From assembly GCA_041659045.1 (NCBI GenBank), contig JBAZZB010000001.1:582270-646269 (forward strand): a stretch of 64,000 nucleotides of DNA, read 5' to 3'. The notes below the pieces were generated by a model that had not been told where the DNA came from, did not search any database, and saw nothing but the letters and a program-made list of their open reading frames with translations. Each line of letters opens with the position of its first letter. The stretch's first letter is position 1. The DNA is from Patescibacteria group bacterium. Its GTDB lineage: Bacteria > Patescibacteriota > Patescibacteriia > SG8-24 > DYFX01. Made by a program: the position numbers and the translations under genes. This document shows positions 46,156-56,744 of the stretch, piece after piece.

Positions 46156-47076
46156 TTACTCAACCAAAGCCAGTTTTTCGCGAGTCTCCTCTTCCGTCTT
46201 GCGAAGAGTTGCATCGGCCTCGCTGGAGTTCAGATTCTGCTTCAGCAGAGAAAGAATGTCGACCAAACGCTCCTCGATCGGACGCATGGTAATTCCTTCC
46301 GCTTCCAGCTTGTTGATCGAAAGCACGCAGTCGACGCGCTTGGCGAGCGTCATGCGGTTCAATTCTTCTTTGGAAATTTTTGCGAAGGACATCTCCGGCT
46401 TCACGTGCGTCTTGAGCAGCTCAGCGATGCGATACGGCGTCGTGACACCAGGGTTCGCGACGTTGTAGAGGCCGGTCGCATCTTTTTCAAGCAGCGCCCA
46501 AGTAACGTCCATCAGATCTTCCACAATGGTGCAGGAGTTGGCCGTGTCGATGAATTTCGAATACGTCAGCATCTTCACGAAGGCGTTGCGCGGACTGACC
46601 ATGCCGGACAAAAGCTGGCGAGGTCGGAGCATCAAAACTTTCAGACTGCCGCGCAAGGCGCGTTCGTTCAAAAGATTCTCCGCCCAGACTTTCGTCCATG
46701 AGTAGTAGCACAGCGGGTGCGGCGCGTCGTCTTCCGTGCGAATAACGTCAGGTGTCGGGCTTTCCTGCACGCAACCGCTCGAGACGTGGAGCAGGTAGAC
46801 GCCGCGCTCCTCGGCAGCCTTGGCGATCACGTCGGCGCCGTGCACGTTGATGTGGAATGCTTCCAACTTGTTCATCTCGCACCAGTCGATGTTCGTCTTG
46901 GCAACGGCGTTGATGATTAGGTCCGGCTGCGAAGCTGAAACCGCGCCGGAAACAAACGCTTCATCGCGAATATCGCCGGCTGGCGATTCAACGACGCAAC
47001 CTTTGGACGCAAAGAAGTCCCGGTAAAAGGTTCCGAGTTGGCCGCGACCGAAGATCAAGACTTTGGATGGCGTCAT
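46156..47076 (-). CDS. NDP-4-keto-6-deoxyglucose (3,5-epimerase)/4-reductase, RmlD-like
   Basis: 'GRGQLG', 'NIDWCE', 'SSGC', 'YSWTK', 'PRN', 'NSCT', 'NVANPG'. Confidence 0.85.
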   Translation of the reverse strand: MTPSKVLIFGRGQLGTFYRDFFASKGCVVESPAGDIRDEAFVSGAVSASQPDLIINAVAKTNIDWCEMNKLEAFHINVHGADVIAKAAEERGVYLLHVSSGCVQESPTPDVIRTEDDAPHPLCYYSWTKVWAENLLNERALRGSLKVLMLRPRQLLSGMVSPRNAFVKMLTYSKFIDTANSCTIVEDLMDVTWALLEKDATGLYNVANPGVTTPYRIAELLKTHVKPEMSFAKISKEELNRMTLAKRVDCVLSINKLEAEGITMRPIEERLVDILSLLKQNLNSSEADATLRKTEEETREKLALVE

Positions 47077-48098
47077 ACGGTTTCTTTTAGGGTTTCTTTA
47101 TAGTAGGCGTCGTAGTACTTCTGGTAGTCACCACTCTTCACGCGCTGCCACCAATCGGGGTTGTCGCGATACCAGAGGATCGTTGAGCGAATACCGTGCT
47201 CAAAAGGAATTTTTGGCTCCCACCCGAGTTCATTGCGAATCTTGGACGAGTCGATGAAATAGCGACGATCGTGGCCGGGACGGTCGGGAACATACGTCTT
47301 CAGCGATTCGGGTTTCCCGAGCGTCTCAAGAATCAACGTCGTGATTTCTTCGATCGAACGTTCGATGCCCGTGCCGATATTATAAATCTCTCCGATCTTG
47401 CCGTTCTTCAAAATCAGGTCGACGGCGCTGCTATGATCGTCGGCGTGAATCCACTCGCGTGAATTTTTGCTGCTACGGAAAAGGGGCAGAGGCTTGTTCT
47501 CCATGGCGTTGGTTGTGAACAGCGGGATCAGTTTTTCCGGAAACTGATGCGATCCGTAGTTGTTGCAGCAACGGCTGATCGTCACTTGCATGCCAAAAGA
47601 GTGGGCGTACGACATGACAACGTGATCGGATCCGGCTTTCGAGGCGGCGTACGCCGAGCGAGGATGCAGCATGTCGTTCTCCAAGAACGCACGGTCTTCA
47701 TCGAGACCAAGGTCGCCGTAGACTTCGTCGGTGGAGACGTGGTGAAAGCGCGTCACTCCGGCTTTGCGGCAGGCCTCAAGAAGCACCTGCGTGCCGAGCA
47801 CGTTGTTGCGGAAAAAGGCGTGCGGGTCGAGCACCGAACGATCGACGTGCGATTCCGCGGCGAAATGCACAACCGCGTCGACTCCGTCGAGCGCGCGTGC
47901 GACGTCGGCGGCTTCGCAAATATCCCCTTTGAAGAAGCGATATCGCGGGTCGGCGTCAAAGCCCTTCAGGTTTTCGAGGTTTCCGGCATACGTCAGCTTA
48001 TCGAAATTCACCACCTCGGCTTCGGGGCGGTTTTTCAGCAGATAACGGATGTAGGCGGAGCCGATAAACCCGGCGCCTCCGGTAACCAAGATCCTCAT
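47073..48098 (-). CDS. rmlB: dTDP-glucose 4,6-dehydratase
   Basis: 'TGGAGFIGS', 'DKLTYAGN', 'AAESHVDRS', 'STDEVYG', 'YAASK', 'QFPEKLIP'. Confidence 0.96.
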   Translation of the reverse strand: MRILVTGGAGFIGSAYIRYLLKNRPEAEVVNFDKLTYAGNLENLKGFDADPRYRFFKGDICEAADVARALDGVDAVVHFAAESHVDRSVLDPHAFFRNNVLGTQVLLEACRKAGVTRFHHVSTDEVYGDLGLDEDRAFLENDMLHPRSAYAASKAGSDHVVMSYAHSFGMQVTISRCCNNYGSHQFPEKLIPLFTTNAMENKPLPLFRSSKNSREWIHADDHSSAVDLILKNGKIGEIYNIGTGIERSIEEITTLILETLGKPESLKTYVPDRPGHDRRYFIDSSKIRNELGWEPKIPFEHGIRSTILWYRDNPDWWQRVKSGDYQKYYDAYYKETLKETV

Positions 48099-48109
48099 AG
48101 AGATTCCCG

Positions 48110-48520
48110 CTACGCTAACAATCTTCGCAGTTTTTGTCCAACCTCCTCGATCTCGCCGACCTTATAGGGTTTGCCATGCCAGTGCTCGAGGCCGTCGCCC
48201 TCGAAACGCGGAATGACGTGCACGTGAAGATGGTCAACAACCTGTCCGGCCGCGCGGCCGTTATTGACGCCGATATTGAAGCCAGGCGCGCCGAGCGCCT
48301 GCATGATTACTTTTCCCATGCGCTGCGCCGTGAGCGCCACGGCCTGGACCGAAGCCTCGGGCGCGGAGGCAAAATCGGCGGCGTGTTCCTTCGGCATAAC
48401 AAGCAGGTGCCCCGGATTGTTTGGCTTGATGTCAACGAACACGACAACCATATCGTCCTCGTAGACGATCTCGGCGGGAATATCCTTCGCGATGATTTTG
48501 CAGAAGATGCAGTCGTTCAT
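48110..48520 (-). CDS. HIT family hydrolase
   Basis: 'DCIFCKI', 'GHLLVMPK', 'AGQVVDHLHVHVIPR'. Confidence 0.93.
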   Translation of the reverse strand: MNDCIFCKIIAKDIPAEIVYEDDMVVVFVDIKPNNPGHLLVMPKEHAADFASAPEASVQAVALTAQRMGKVIMQALGAPGFNIGVNNGRAAGQVVDHLHVHVIPRFEGDGLEHWHGKPYKVGEIEEVGQKLRRLLA

Positions 48521-48521
48521 A

Positions 48522-48905
48522 TTATTCTTTTTTCGAGAAAATAGGCCAGGCAACAAGGACTGCCAAGAGAATACCCCCCGCCGCCGCAGCGCGCCAGAAG
48601 AGGCGCACGGTGTCCGGAAGCAGCATCCAGACAACGGGTGCCAAGAGTAGCGTACCAAAACGCAGCAAGGCGTGCGCAGAGGCAGCCGGATGATGCGGTT
48701 CTTCAGAGGCCATAACGCGTGATTGTGTCAGCATAACGGCGCACGAAGCAGCAACGACAAATACCAGGAGCCATAGCACATTAAAAAACCTGGAGACGAA
48801 TCCGCGCTCGGCTGTTTCAAGCGCGAGACACAAAACAAACACGACGAGACCCGCGCCCCAAGCGTCGATCGCCATCTGATGCAAGATTGCTTTGGATGAC
48901 TTCAT
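48522..48905 (-). CDS. Hypothetical membrane protein
   Basis: Four hydrophobic segments; tightly packed in operon. Confidence 0.6.
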   Translation of the reverse strand: MKSSKAILHQMAIDAWGAGLVVFVLCLALETAERGFVSRFFNVLWLLVFVVAASCAVMLTQSRVMASEEPHHPAASAHALLRFGTLLLAPVVWMLLPDTVRLFWRAAAAGGILLAVLVAWPIFSKKE

Positions 48906-50092
48906 AGCTTGAGTTTCAGAAGATCAAGAATTTTTTTCGGTTCGAAGGGCGGTCGTGTGTATTCAACATCAACACGATCGACGCGCATCTTGCCGCCGAC
49001 AGTTTTGATTGCTGGCAGCGACACAATCATCTGCACGCGACCTTGGGAGGCAGCGACGGAAGCGAGTTCGAACTGCGCTTCGGCCGTGCGCCAACCATCG
49101 GCATCGATCTGCGGTGGACGATAGCGGGCAACAATCGCGTCGTACGGCGCTTTCTTGAGATCCGTCTCCCATGTCACGACCGGAAATTCCGGATCGAATT
49201 TTGTCGCTCCGCCCAGCACATGCAGATGCTCCCCCGCCGTATCAAGCAGCACCACGCGCGATTGGCGCGATGTGATACCGACCAGCGAAACATCCTCCGA
49301 CGCTTGCAGATCGACGCGATAGAGCCCCGGCTCGGCGCCGCTGAGCGTTAGTGCAACAGCTCCATCGCCACGGTGCGTGCGCGTAAGCATCGTCTTTCCC
49401 TCGCGCACGAGCGTCACGCGCGCTTCCTCCTTTTCCGAACCGCGCAGACCGAGCGACATCTCGAAAGCACCGCTTTGCACGTACGCGTAGATAGAACGAG
49501 AACCCGATTCATTGAGAGCGGCTTCGAACGTTTTTTCGTTCGAGAGCACGGGGAGCTTCAAACTCCAGCGCACGGGATCGATCCCAAGCACGGCAACGCG
49601 ATTTCCCGCAGCGAGGATTTCATCCGCGGAACGAGCCGATGCTTTCCGCTCGTACACACGCAGCTCTCCATCTTGGCGCGCTGCCCAACCCGAGGCGTCG
49701 AGCATCGGCAGGTCGATCGGCTTCACGTCGAAACTCCATTGCGCCAGGTCCGTACGCGCACCAAGCGCGACGTACGGCTGTCCTTCAAGCTTATAGCGAA
49801 GCCGCACATGCATGCGCTCATACAAGCGCGGAGCGGCAACGTGAAAATAGACCGGTTCGTTCACGATATCGGAATACCAGACGCCGCTTTCTTGAAGAGG
49901 TCTGGCGCGATCGAGCGGTGTAAAGCCGCCGATAAAACCATTGGGCTCGGCCGTGCGCCCGGTTGCACGCACGACACCTCCCGGCGGCAGGTTGCGCCAA
50001 ACGATCCAACCGAGCAGAGCGGCGCCTAACACGAACCAGGCGAGTCGAAGCACTCGGCGCACGAACAGTAATTGAGGAACAGCGCTACTCAT
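48902..50092 (-). CDS. Hypothetical membrane-anchored protein
   Basis: N-terminal TM then a beta-rich region ('EPVYF'); overlaps neighbours on both sides. Confidence 0.65.
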   Translation of the reverse strand: MSSAVPQLLFVRRVLRLAWFVLGAALLGWIVWRNLPPGGVVRATGRTAEPNGFIGGFTPLDRARPLQESGVWYSDIVNEPVYFHVAAPRLYERMHVRLRYKLEGQPYVALGARTDLAQWSFDVKPIDLPMLDASGWAARQDGELRVYERKASARSADEILAAGNRVAVLGIDPVRWSLKLPVLSNEKTFEAALNESGSRSIYAYVQSGAFEMSLGLRGSEKEEARVTLVREGKTMLTRTHRGDGAVALTLSGAEPGLYRVDLQASEDVSLVGITSRQSRVVLLDTAGEHLHVLGGATKFDPEFPVVTWETDLKKAPYDAIVARYRPPQIDADGWRTAEAQFELASVAASQGRVQMIVSLPAIKTVGGKMRVDRVDVEYTRPPFEPKKILDLLKLKL

Positions 50093-51686
50093 AGTCGTAT
50101 TCTTCACCGATTTCTTCAAACACTGGCGAATCAAAACGTAATGCGATTTCGCCAGGAATCGGACTATACACTTCATTGAGCACAAGCCCGTGAGCCTTTG
50201 CTAGCGCGTCGAGACGCGCGCGTTCTTCAACCGATGGCGTCAACCCGTACCAATAGACGGGAGTGTAATTAGAGACGACCGCCGCCGCGGCAAACGACGC
50301 GTCGTCCGTTCCCGGAATGATGCGCAAACGTTGCGGTACGATCAGTTTATCGAAGCGCTCCGTCATAACAACAACGTCATCCGGAAACGTGTCGGCCAAT
50401 AACGCTTCGGACTTCACACGATTTTGCGCGAGTGTTGCACGCACAGCGCGCAAGCTTTCATCGCCGGAAAAAACCGTCGCATGCAGCGTCAACGTGCCGA
50501 TCACAACCAAAGTGGCCGCGATCATTTTCCATCGTTTCGTCTTTTCGAAAAGCTGCGAGAGGCCGAAAGCGGCAAACGGCAACATCGCCACGTAGGCGGG
50601 AAGGAAATAGCGCACGTATGACGTCCCAATCGTCACATCCGACGGATCGAGTCGATCACGAATCGCCCAGCTGCCATAAAGCACTGCGAGCCACGTTGCA
50701 ACGGCCACGGTCGCCAAGGCGTACGTTTTTTGAACGGACGTCGCTTTGCGAAACATCAAGAGCCATGCGCACAAACCAAGAACAGCAAGAACGGACTGCC
50801 ACCAGAACAACGAGATTCCATAGTACCAAGCGTTCCGTGCGACACGCTTGGCGTCAAAGCCAAACGGGAGACGCACGAAGGGTTTCGATGTATCAACGAC
50901 AGGGCCAGCAGGCGCGGCATGATCCACTACAGGCGGCAAAGCGGGGGCAGTGACATATGCCGTCTGAAACGGCGAACCATACAAGCTTGCGTTCACTTGC
51001 AACAACAGAAACAACGGCAACGCGGCGCCGACAAACGCCCAACCTAGGCGTCTCCAGCGTTCTTTGCCGATGAACGGCAGGAAGACCGCAAAGGCTGGGA
51101 TCGCCCAGAGAGCTTCTGATGTGCGGGTTGCGATCGCCCAACCGAAGGCAAAACCGCCGAAGATATCACCCAAGCGATCCTTGCGAAGCGCGAAGCTTGC
51201 GGCGGAAAGAATCAAGAGATCGACGAAGAGTACATTGTGGAAAAGGCCGCGCGCGGCGTAGTACAGCACGGCGGGATGCAGGAAGAACAAGATCGCCGCA
51301 ATGATCCCCGTGCGACGGTCAAAGAGACGTCCGACGAGCGTACCGAAGAGTGCGCCCGCCACGAGCGTAAAGATTGGCGTTAGAAGAAACAGCGGGATCT
51401 TGCACAACAATCGCAGCGCGCCATAGAGCAAAAGCATGCCCGTAAAACTTCCTGGCACAAGAGCGTCACCGACGACCGCCATACTGCGCGGATGGATCGC
51501 ACCCGCGCCAAGACCAACAAGCACGTCGCGGACAACCAAGGACTCCCCATTTGCCACGCGCTCAATCCAAAAAGAATTTGCCGTTTCATCCGGAGAATTC
51601 CAAAGACCGGCTGGTCGGCCGTACCACGCGGTCACGGCAAAAAAAGCAATGGCGACAGCGATAAGAATGCGTTGCAAGCGTGTCAT
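50085..51686 (-). CDS. GT-C fold glycosyltransferase (GT39/PMT-like)
   Basis: 'SPDETAN' in the first external loop; multiple TMs; 'YVRYFLP'. Confidence 0.75.
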   Translation of the reverse strand: MTRLQRILIAVAIAFFAVTAWYGRPAGLWNSPDETANSFWIERVANGESLVVRDVLVGLGAGAIHPRSMAVVGDALVPGSFTGMLLLYGALRLLCKIPLFLLTPIFTLVAGALFGTLVGRLFDRRTGIIAAILFFLHPAVLYYAARGLFHNVLFVDLLILSAASFALRKDRLGDIFGGFAFGWAIATRTSEALWAIPAFAVFLPFIGKERWRRLGWAFVGAALPLFLLLQVNASLYGSPFQTAYVTAPALPPVVDHAAPAGPVVDTSKPFVRLPFGFDAKRVARNAWYYGISLFWWQSVLAVLGLCAWLLMFRKATSVQKTYALATVAVATWLAVLYGSWAIRDRLDPSDVTIGTSYVRYFLPAYVAMLPFAAFGLSQLFEKTKRWKMIAATLVVIGTLTLHATVFSGDESLRAVRATLAQNRVKSEALLADTFPDDVVVMTERFDKLIVPQRLRIIPGTDDASFAAAAVVSNYTPVYWYGLTPSVEERARLDALAKAHGLVLNEVYSPIPGEIALRFDSPVFEEIGEEYDYE

Positions 51687-52249
51687 AGACCGTGCGCGAG
51701 AAGGCTGCAAAACGCCAGAAACGTCGCGAGTCCGAAGAGGGCGAACGAGCCGTTTTGCAGAGCGGAAGAACCCGATTCCAAATACAGCAGATAACTCATG
51801 ACCGCAGCGACTTGGCACACCATCTTTATTTTCCCCCACCAATTTGCGCCTGTCACGATTCCCTTTCGCTTGCGCAGATAACCGCCAACAATAAATACGC
51901 ACTCGACACCGAGTAGTGTCAGAAAAATAGCGACGGGAAATTGTCGAAAAAGAAGCACGGCAAGCACCGAACCAATCAGAATCTTGTCGACGACAGGATC
52001 CCAAATCGTTCCCCAGGCCGTGACTTGCCCGCGCGTACGCGCAAGTGACCCATCGACCATATCGGTGAACGCAAGAAACAGGAAGAATGGCACTCCGTAC
52101 TCGTAACGTTCGTATGCCAAAAGGAGTAGCACGATCGGCGTGCAGAGCAACCTCAACACCGTGACGTGATTGGGGCGTACCGAAAGAGGGACGATCTTGA
52201 GAAACGTCGCGGCGAGGACACGGTCGTGCGGATAGATTTTTGTGTCCAT
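51683..52249 (-). CDS. CDP-alcohol phosphatidyltransferase (PgsA-like)
   Basis: 'PNHVTVLR', 'TDMVDGSLAR...T.WG..WDPVVDK', 'GKIK'. Confidence 0.9.
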   Translation of the reverse strand: MDTKIYPHDRVLAATFLKIVPLSVRPNHVTVLRLLCTPIVLLLLAYERYEYGVPFFLFLAFTDMVDGSLARTRGQVTAWGTIWDPVVDKILIGSVLAVLLFRQFPVAIFLTLLGVECVFIVGGYLRKRKGIVTGANWWGKIKMVCQVAAVMSYLLYLESGSSALQNGSFALFGLATFLAFCSLLAHGL

Positions 52250-52270
52250 TCTCTGTGCTACAATCAAGCC

Positions 52271-54397
52271 ATGAAACCGCTTCATTCTACCATTTTAGCC
52301 TCGATCGGAGGAGTGCTCTCGGCGCTTGGTCTGGCTTCTTCGGCCTTCGCTTTTCTTCTGCCAATTGGCGGTATTTTGCTCCTCTACGGCATGGCGGAAA
52401 CTGCCGGTCGGCTCGCCTTTCCAGAAGAGCAACCTCCCATTCGCCTTGTTTTTGGCCTATTAGGAGCCTTAGCCCTGCTGGCAGCAGTAGGCGCGGCGAT
52501 CTATTACGTTTATAAGCTCGATACAATCGGCTTATCCTGGCTGTTCATCACCTTACCTTGGCTCCTCTTTGCCGTCTCCCCCCTGGGCTCCGGCGCCCGA
52601 GGACGCGTAGCAGCCGCCGCATTGACGGTCGAAAAATCCCTGCCGGAGGATTCGCTCTCTGGCATCCTTCTCGTTCTCACGCTTTGCGCGGACATGGCGG
52701 CGCTTCGTTGGCTCCTGGGAGCCAGAACCGAGGAAGCCCTACGCACGCCTTGGGAAGTCGTCTCTCCCGTCTACTTTCTTTGGATCGCGCTCGCGACATT
52801 TTGCTTGATCGGACTGAGCTATCGCCGCCGCTATCCGCACCTCACACTTGCAGCGGCATCAATCCATCTTTTCGCGCTCCTTGCTCCTGCAATTTTGGTG
52901 TACGCCGTCGGTTACGGTTTTGACCCGTTCGTGCATCAAGCCGCGGAATCTTTAATCGCTTCTACGGGACAAATCACGCCGAAGACGCCGTATTACATCG
53001 GACAGTACGCGCTCGTCACGACGTTCTCGCACCTGTTCCGTGTTTCCATTGAGTCTGTCGATCGTTTTTTGCTTCCCGTTCTCGCTGCGCTCTTCTTACC
53101 CGCTTCGGCCGCATGGCTCTTGCGCCGCGGGTACGGCGTACCGCGCCCACTCGCGCTCGTCGCCTCGCTTGGTATTTTTCTCTTGCCGTTCGGCATGTTC
53201 GCTTCGACGACACCGCAAGGATTGGCGAATCTTTTTTTCCTGCTAACAATGCTGCTCGGCGCGGCTTGGTTGCACGCCCATCGACCGCCGCTCGGCTATG
53301 TACTGACGCTGGCCGCGGCCGCAGCAGCGACGCATCCGATGGCCGGCATTCCGGCACTCATGGCCGTCGCGCTTCTTATGGTCGCGAAGTTGCGGCACGA
53401 CGGCGTGCGCGTAGCGCGCCTCGCAAAAGCCATAGTCTTTGGTCTCGTGGTCGGCGCGGCCGCGCTCGCCATCCCCTTCGTGTTTGCCGTGCGCGAAGGC
53501 AACAGCGGCGCGTCGCTCATCGCCGCACTCCGAAAACCGATTCCGGAACTCTTGCTCGGAATTCCGCTTGAGGCACCTGGCATCGCGACGCGCTATCGTC
53601 CCCTGCTCGACTTTGCCGAATTCGTCGCGCGCAACCATGATGTGCTCCTCTTCGGACTCGCCGCCGCCGGCGCCTGGCTACTTCTGCGTCGCAAAGGCTA
53701 TCGTCGCTCAGCCTTCGCTGCCGGAGGTTTATCGATTGCCCTTTTGGTATCTGTCGCGCTTTTGCGGGCTGGCTTCACGTTCAAAGACGTTATTGGGTAC
53801 GAGCAAGCGAATTACGCCGAACGCTTGTACGAAGCGGCACTCCTCTCACTCGCACCGCTCGTGCTCGCGGGCGTGGCGTGGTGGTGGCGAGCACTCAGCA
53901 AGGCCGACACCAGCATGCGCGTCTTTCACGCGGCACTCATGGCTGCCTTGGTCGCCGCCCTGACATACGGCGCCTTCCCCCGACTCGACGACTACCGTTA
54001 CAGCCGCGGATACTCGCCTTCGATTCACGACGTGCACGCCGCTGAGTGGATCAGCGCGCATGGAATTTCTCCGTATGTCGTCCTCGCCAACCAATCGGTT
54101 TCCGCCGCCGCGCTCAAGCGTTTCGGTTTCCGCACCTATTACGGTTCGCAATTCTACTACTCGATCCCGACAGGAGCACCGCTCTACCAATCGTATCTCG
54201 CCATGGTCTACGAGGGCGCAACGCGGGAAACCATGACGTCCGCCATGCGGCAAGTGAACGTGCCGACAGCCTTCTTCGTGATCAATGGCTACTGGACGGA
54301 CGCCGCCCGCGTCATCGCGCAAGCAAAAAAAACCGCCGACGACTGGCAGGAAGTCGACGGCGGCAAAGTGTTTATCTTCCGCTACACCCTCAAGTAA
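52271..54397 (+). CDS. Polytopic membrane protein, possible GT-C glycosyltransferase
   Basis: Many TMs; 'GYGFDPFVH' loop; C-terminal soluble domain 'A.EWI....YVVLANQ'. Confidence 0.6.
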   Translation: MKPLHSTILASIGGVLSALGLASSAFAFLLPIGGILLLYGMAETAGRLAFPEEQPPIRLVFGLLGALALLAAVGAAIYYVYKLDTIGLSWLFITLPWLLFAVSPLGSGARGRVAAAALTVEKSLPEDSLSGILLVLTLCADMAALRWLLGARTEEALRTPWEVVSPVYFLWIALATFCLIGLSYRRRYPHLTLAAASIHLFALLAPAILVYAVGYGFDPFVHQAAESLIASTGQITPKTPYYIGQYALVTTFSHLFRVSIESVDRFLLPVLAALFLPASAAWLLRRGYGVPRPLALVASLGIFLLPFGMFASTTPQGLANLFFLLTMLLGAAWLHAHRPPLGYVLTLAAAAAATHPMAGIPALMAVALLMVAKLRHDGVRVARLAKAIVFGLVVGAAALAIPFVFAVREGNSGASLIAALRKPIPELLLGIPLEAPGIATRYRPLLDFAEFVARNHDVLLFGLAAAGAWLLLRRKGYRRSAFAAGGLSIALLVSVALLRAGFTFKDVIGYEQANYAERLYEAALLSLAPLVLAGVAWWWRALSKADTSMRVFHAALMAALVAALTYGAFPRLDDYRYSRGYSPSIHDVHAAEWISAHGISPYVVLANQSVSAAALKRFGFRTYYGSQFYYSIPTGAPLYQSYLAMVYEGATRETMTSAMRQVNVPTAFFVINGYWTDAARVIAQAKKTADDWQEVDGGKVFIFRYTLK

Positions 54398-55652
54398 ACG
54401 ACGGCTGATACCGCATCGGCACGATCGGTTCGAGCTCCTCAAGTGCTGGGTCGCGACCATCGTACAAAGACTCGAGACGCGCGGCGTGCCGAGGTGCAAG
54501 AAGCAGTTCCGCCGTGCGTACGGCCGCTCGTGAACGATCCATCCAGGCACTTTTTTCGTCGCACGCCCGCGTGAGCGTCGCGACCAGTGCTCCAACGTTA
54601 TCCGCTTCAAAAACGAATCCGTTTTTTTCGTTCCGAACAAGCTCAGCTGCGCCGCCAATTGAAGCGACTGCGACAGGCACGCCATAGGCAAAGCTTTCGA
54701 CAATCACTGTTGGAGCGTTCTCATAACACAGCGACGGCACGACGGTGTAATCCGTCTTTGAAAACATATCAGGAAATTGCGCCGGATTCTTTTTGCCGTA
54801 AAAAGAAATACGCAGGTCTTTTCCAGCAGCAGTGCGCGCCGCGTCCATCGCGGAGCCCGTACCGACGACGTCCAAACGCGCCTTGGGACGCTCTTTCACG
54901 AGTCTGCGGAAGGCTTCAATCAGCACCAGGACGCCTTTATGCGTTTCGACCTGACCGAGGAAGAGGAAGCGCGTTTCGGAAGAGGTTGCGTGCTTTGCGG
55001 GTGACACGTTCGGCGCCGGGTTCGGCAGAAGGATTTTTTGCGAGCGCGGGAAGAAGCCATGTTCCTCATGGAAACGCAGAAGAAACCTCGACGGAGAAAT
55101 GACGATATCCGGCGACGCGAAACGCGAGCGCGCCATGGAGGCGAACATTCGGCTGAGAGGGTCAGTAACCCCGAAGCCTTTTTCCTTTCCTTTCAAAATC
55201 AAACCGGATGGAGCCACGAGCTGCACGTCATGCAGCGTATGCACGTGACGGATACGAAGTTTTTTCAAAACGGCCGGAATGCTGAAACCGATGCCTTTCA
55301 GATTGTGTGTGTGAACGATTTCGGGACGTTCAAGCCTCAAAAGACGCTCGACCATACGAGCCGCCTGACCATTTCCGGAGTCGCGTAGATGCCAAAACAG
55401 GCGGGCAGCTACCGCATGACGTCCGAGCTCGCCGTAAAAAAAGAAGTTGAGCGGAAAGAAACGGTGCACGCGCAAGCCGTTCTCGACCGTCATGCGCGGC
55501 TCTAGCGAACCGTCTTCAGGCAACGAACACGCCGTGATAATCGAAACATCGTGCCCGAGCGCCTTGAGCGCGAGCGCTTCTTCCTCGACGACGCGTTCGG
55601 CGCCGCCCCGCCCGTACGGCGGAAAAAGATTTGAAATAAAACAAATGCGCAT
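54390..55652 (-). CDS. Glycosyltransferase family 4
   Basis: 'GGAE', 'HTHN', 'TLHD', 'KG', 'PSLCYENAPTVIVES'. Confidence 0.9.
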   Translation of the reverse strand: MRICFISNLFPPYGRGGAERVVEEEALALKALGHDVSIITACSLPEDGSLEPRMTVENGLRVHRFFPLNFFFYGELGRHAVAARLFWHLRDSGNGQAARMVERLLRLERPEIVHTHNLKGIGFSIPAVLKKLRIRHVHTLHDVQLVAPSGLILKGKEKGFGVTDPLSRMFASMARSRFASPDIVISPSRFLLRFHEEHGFFPRSQKILLPNPAPNVSPAKHATSSETRFLFLGQVETHKGVLVLIEAFRRLVKERPKARLDVVGTGSAMDAARTAAGKDLRISFYGKKNPAQFPDMFSKTDYTVVPSLCYENAPTVIVESFAYGVPVAVASIGGAAELVRNEKNGFVFEADNVGALVATLTRACDEKSAWMDRSRAAVRTAELLLAPRHAARLESLYDGRDPALEELEPIVPMRYQPSFT

Positions 55653-55680
55653 GCGCCCCTATTCTACCACGAAGCCCGGA

Positions 55681-56742
55681 TCATCCGCACACCGTTTCAA
55701 CCACAAGCCGATCCGTGAGCACAGCGTCGTATTTTTCCATGACGCGAGAACGTGCAGCTTGCCCCATCGTTTCCGCGCGTTCGGGATAAGAAAGCAGCTC
55801 TCGAAGCGCTTCACCAAGCGCAGCCGCATCGTTTGGAGAAACCACAAGACCTGTTTTTCCCGGCTCGATGAGGCTGCGCACGCCGGGGAGATCGGTAACA
55901 ACGGAAGGAATGCCGCTCGCCATGGCGGCAAGTGTAACCAAACCAAACGCTTCGGAGCGATCAACGGAGGGAAGAACGTGCACGCGCGCTTGGCGATAGA
56001 GTTCAGCGAGCCTTTCATCACTTACGCGTCCAAAAAAACGCATGTGGCCACCGAAGCCAGTTTTGGCGGCAAGCGTTTCGTATGAAGCGCGCAAGTCGCC
56101 ATCGCCGACGATCCAGAGTTCGACATCGGGTAGCGCGTGCGCAAACTTGGCAAACGCTTCAAGTAGCACGGGGACACCTTTGAAGTAATGCGCACGATCA
56201 AGTCCGCCGACAAAAAGAAACGCTTTCTTTTTTTCGCCGCCCGGCGCAAAGAAGCGCGTATCAACTCCGAGAGGCGTTTCGTGTATGCGCTCATCGTCTT
56301 TCAAAAAAGCAATCTGCGAAGACTCGAGATAATCACGACTCGTCACCAGAATCGCGTCCGCCGTACCAAGAATTGTTTTCAAAAAAATCGATCGGTATAG
56401 ACGGAACACCATCGCCAAAACGCCGCGGCCGACCGTATCCATGTGATACAGAATCGACAGGCGCGTTCGTCGGCCGAATGTTTTTTTCCAAAGCCAGACC
56501 CATTCAGCGCCGCCAAAGAATGGATAATGCAACTCGACCGCGTCAAAGCCGCGTAGCTTCCACCACAGTTGCGGTACGCTGGCGGCGTTGCCAATACGCA
56601 AAAGAGAGCGCAATCCGTGCCCTGGCGCCAAAACCGTTACGTCGTGCCCTGCGCGCCGAAGCGCTTCCGCGTGCGCGGCGGCCACGTTCCCCATGCCTCC
56701 CGGATACGGCGGAAACGTCGAAACGACAACGGCAACTTTCAT
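55681..56742 (-). CDS. Glycosyltransferase family 4
   Basis: 'GGMG', 'FKGV', 'PSVDRSEAFGLV..AMASGIP'. Confidence 0.9.
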   Translation of the reverse strand: MKVAVVVSTFPPYPGGMGNVAAAHAEALRRAGHDVTVLAPGHGLRSLLRIGNAASVPQLWWKLRGFDAVELHYPFFGGAEWVWLWKKTFGRRTRLSILYHMDTVGRGVLAMVFRLYRSIFLKTILGTADAILVTSRDYLESSQIAFLKDDERIHETPLGVDTRFFAPGGEKKKAFLFVGGLDRAHYFKGVPVLLEAFAKFAHALPDVELWIVGDGDLRASYETLAAKTGFGGHMRFFGRVSDERLAELYRQARVHVLPSVDRSEAFGLVTLAAMASGIPSVVTDLPGVRSLIEPGKTGLVVSPNDAAALGEALRELLSYPERAETMGQAARSRVMEKYDAVLTDRLVVETVCG

Positions 56743-56744
56743 AC

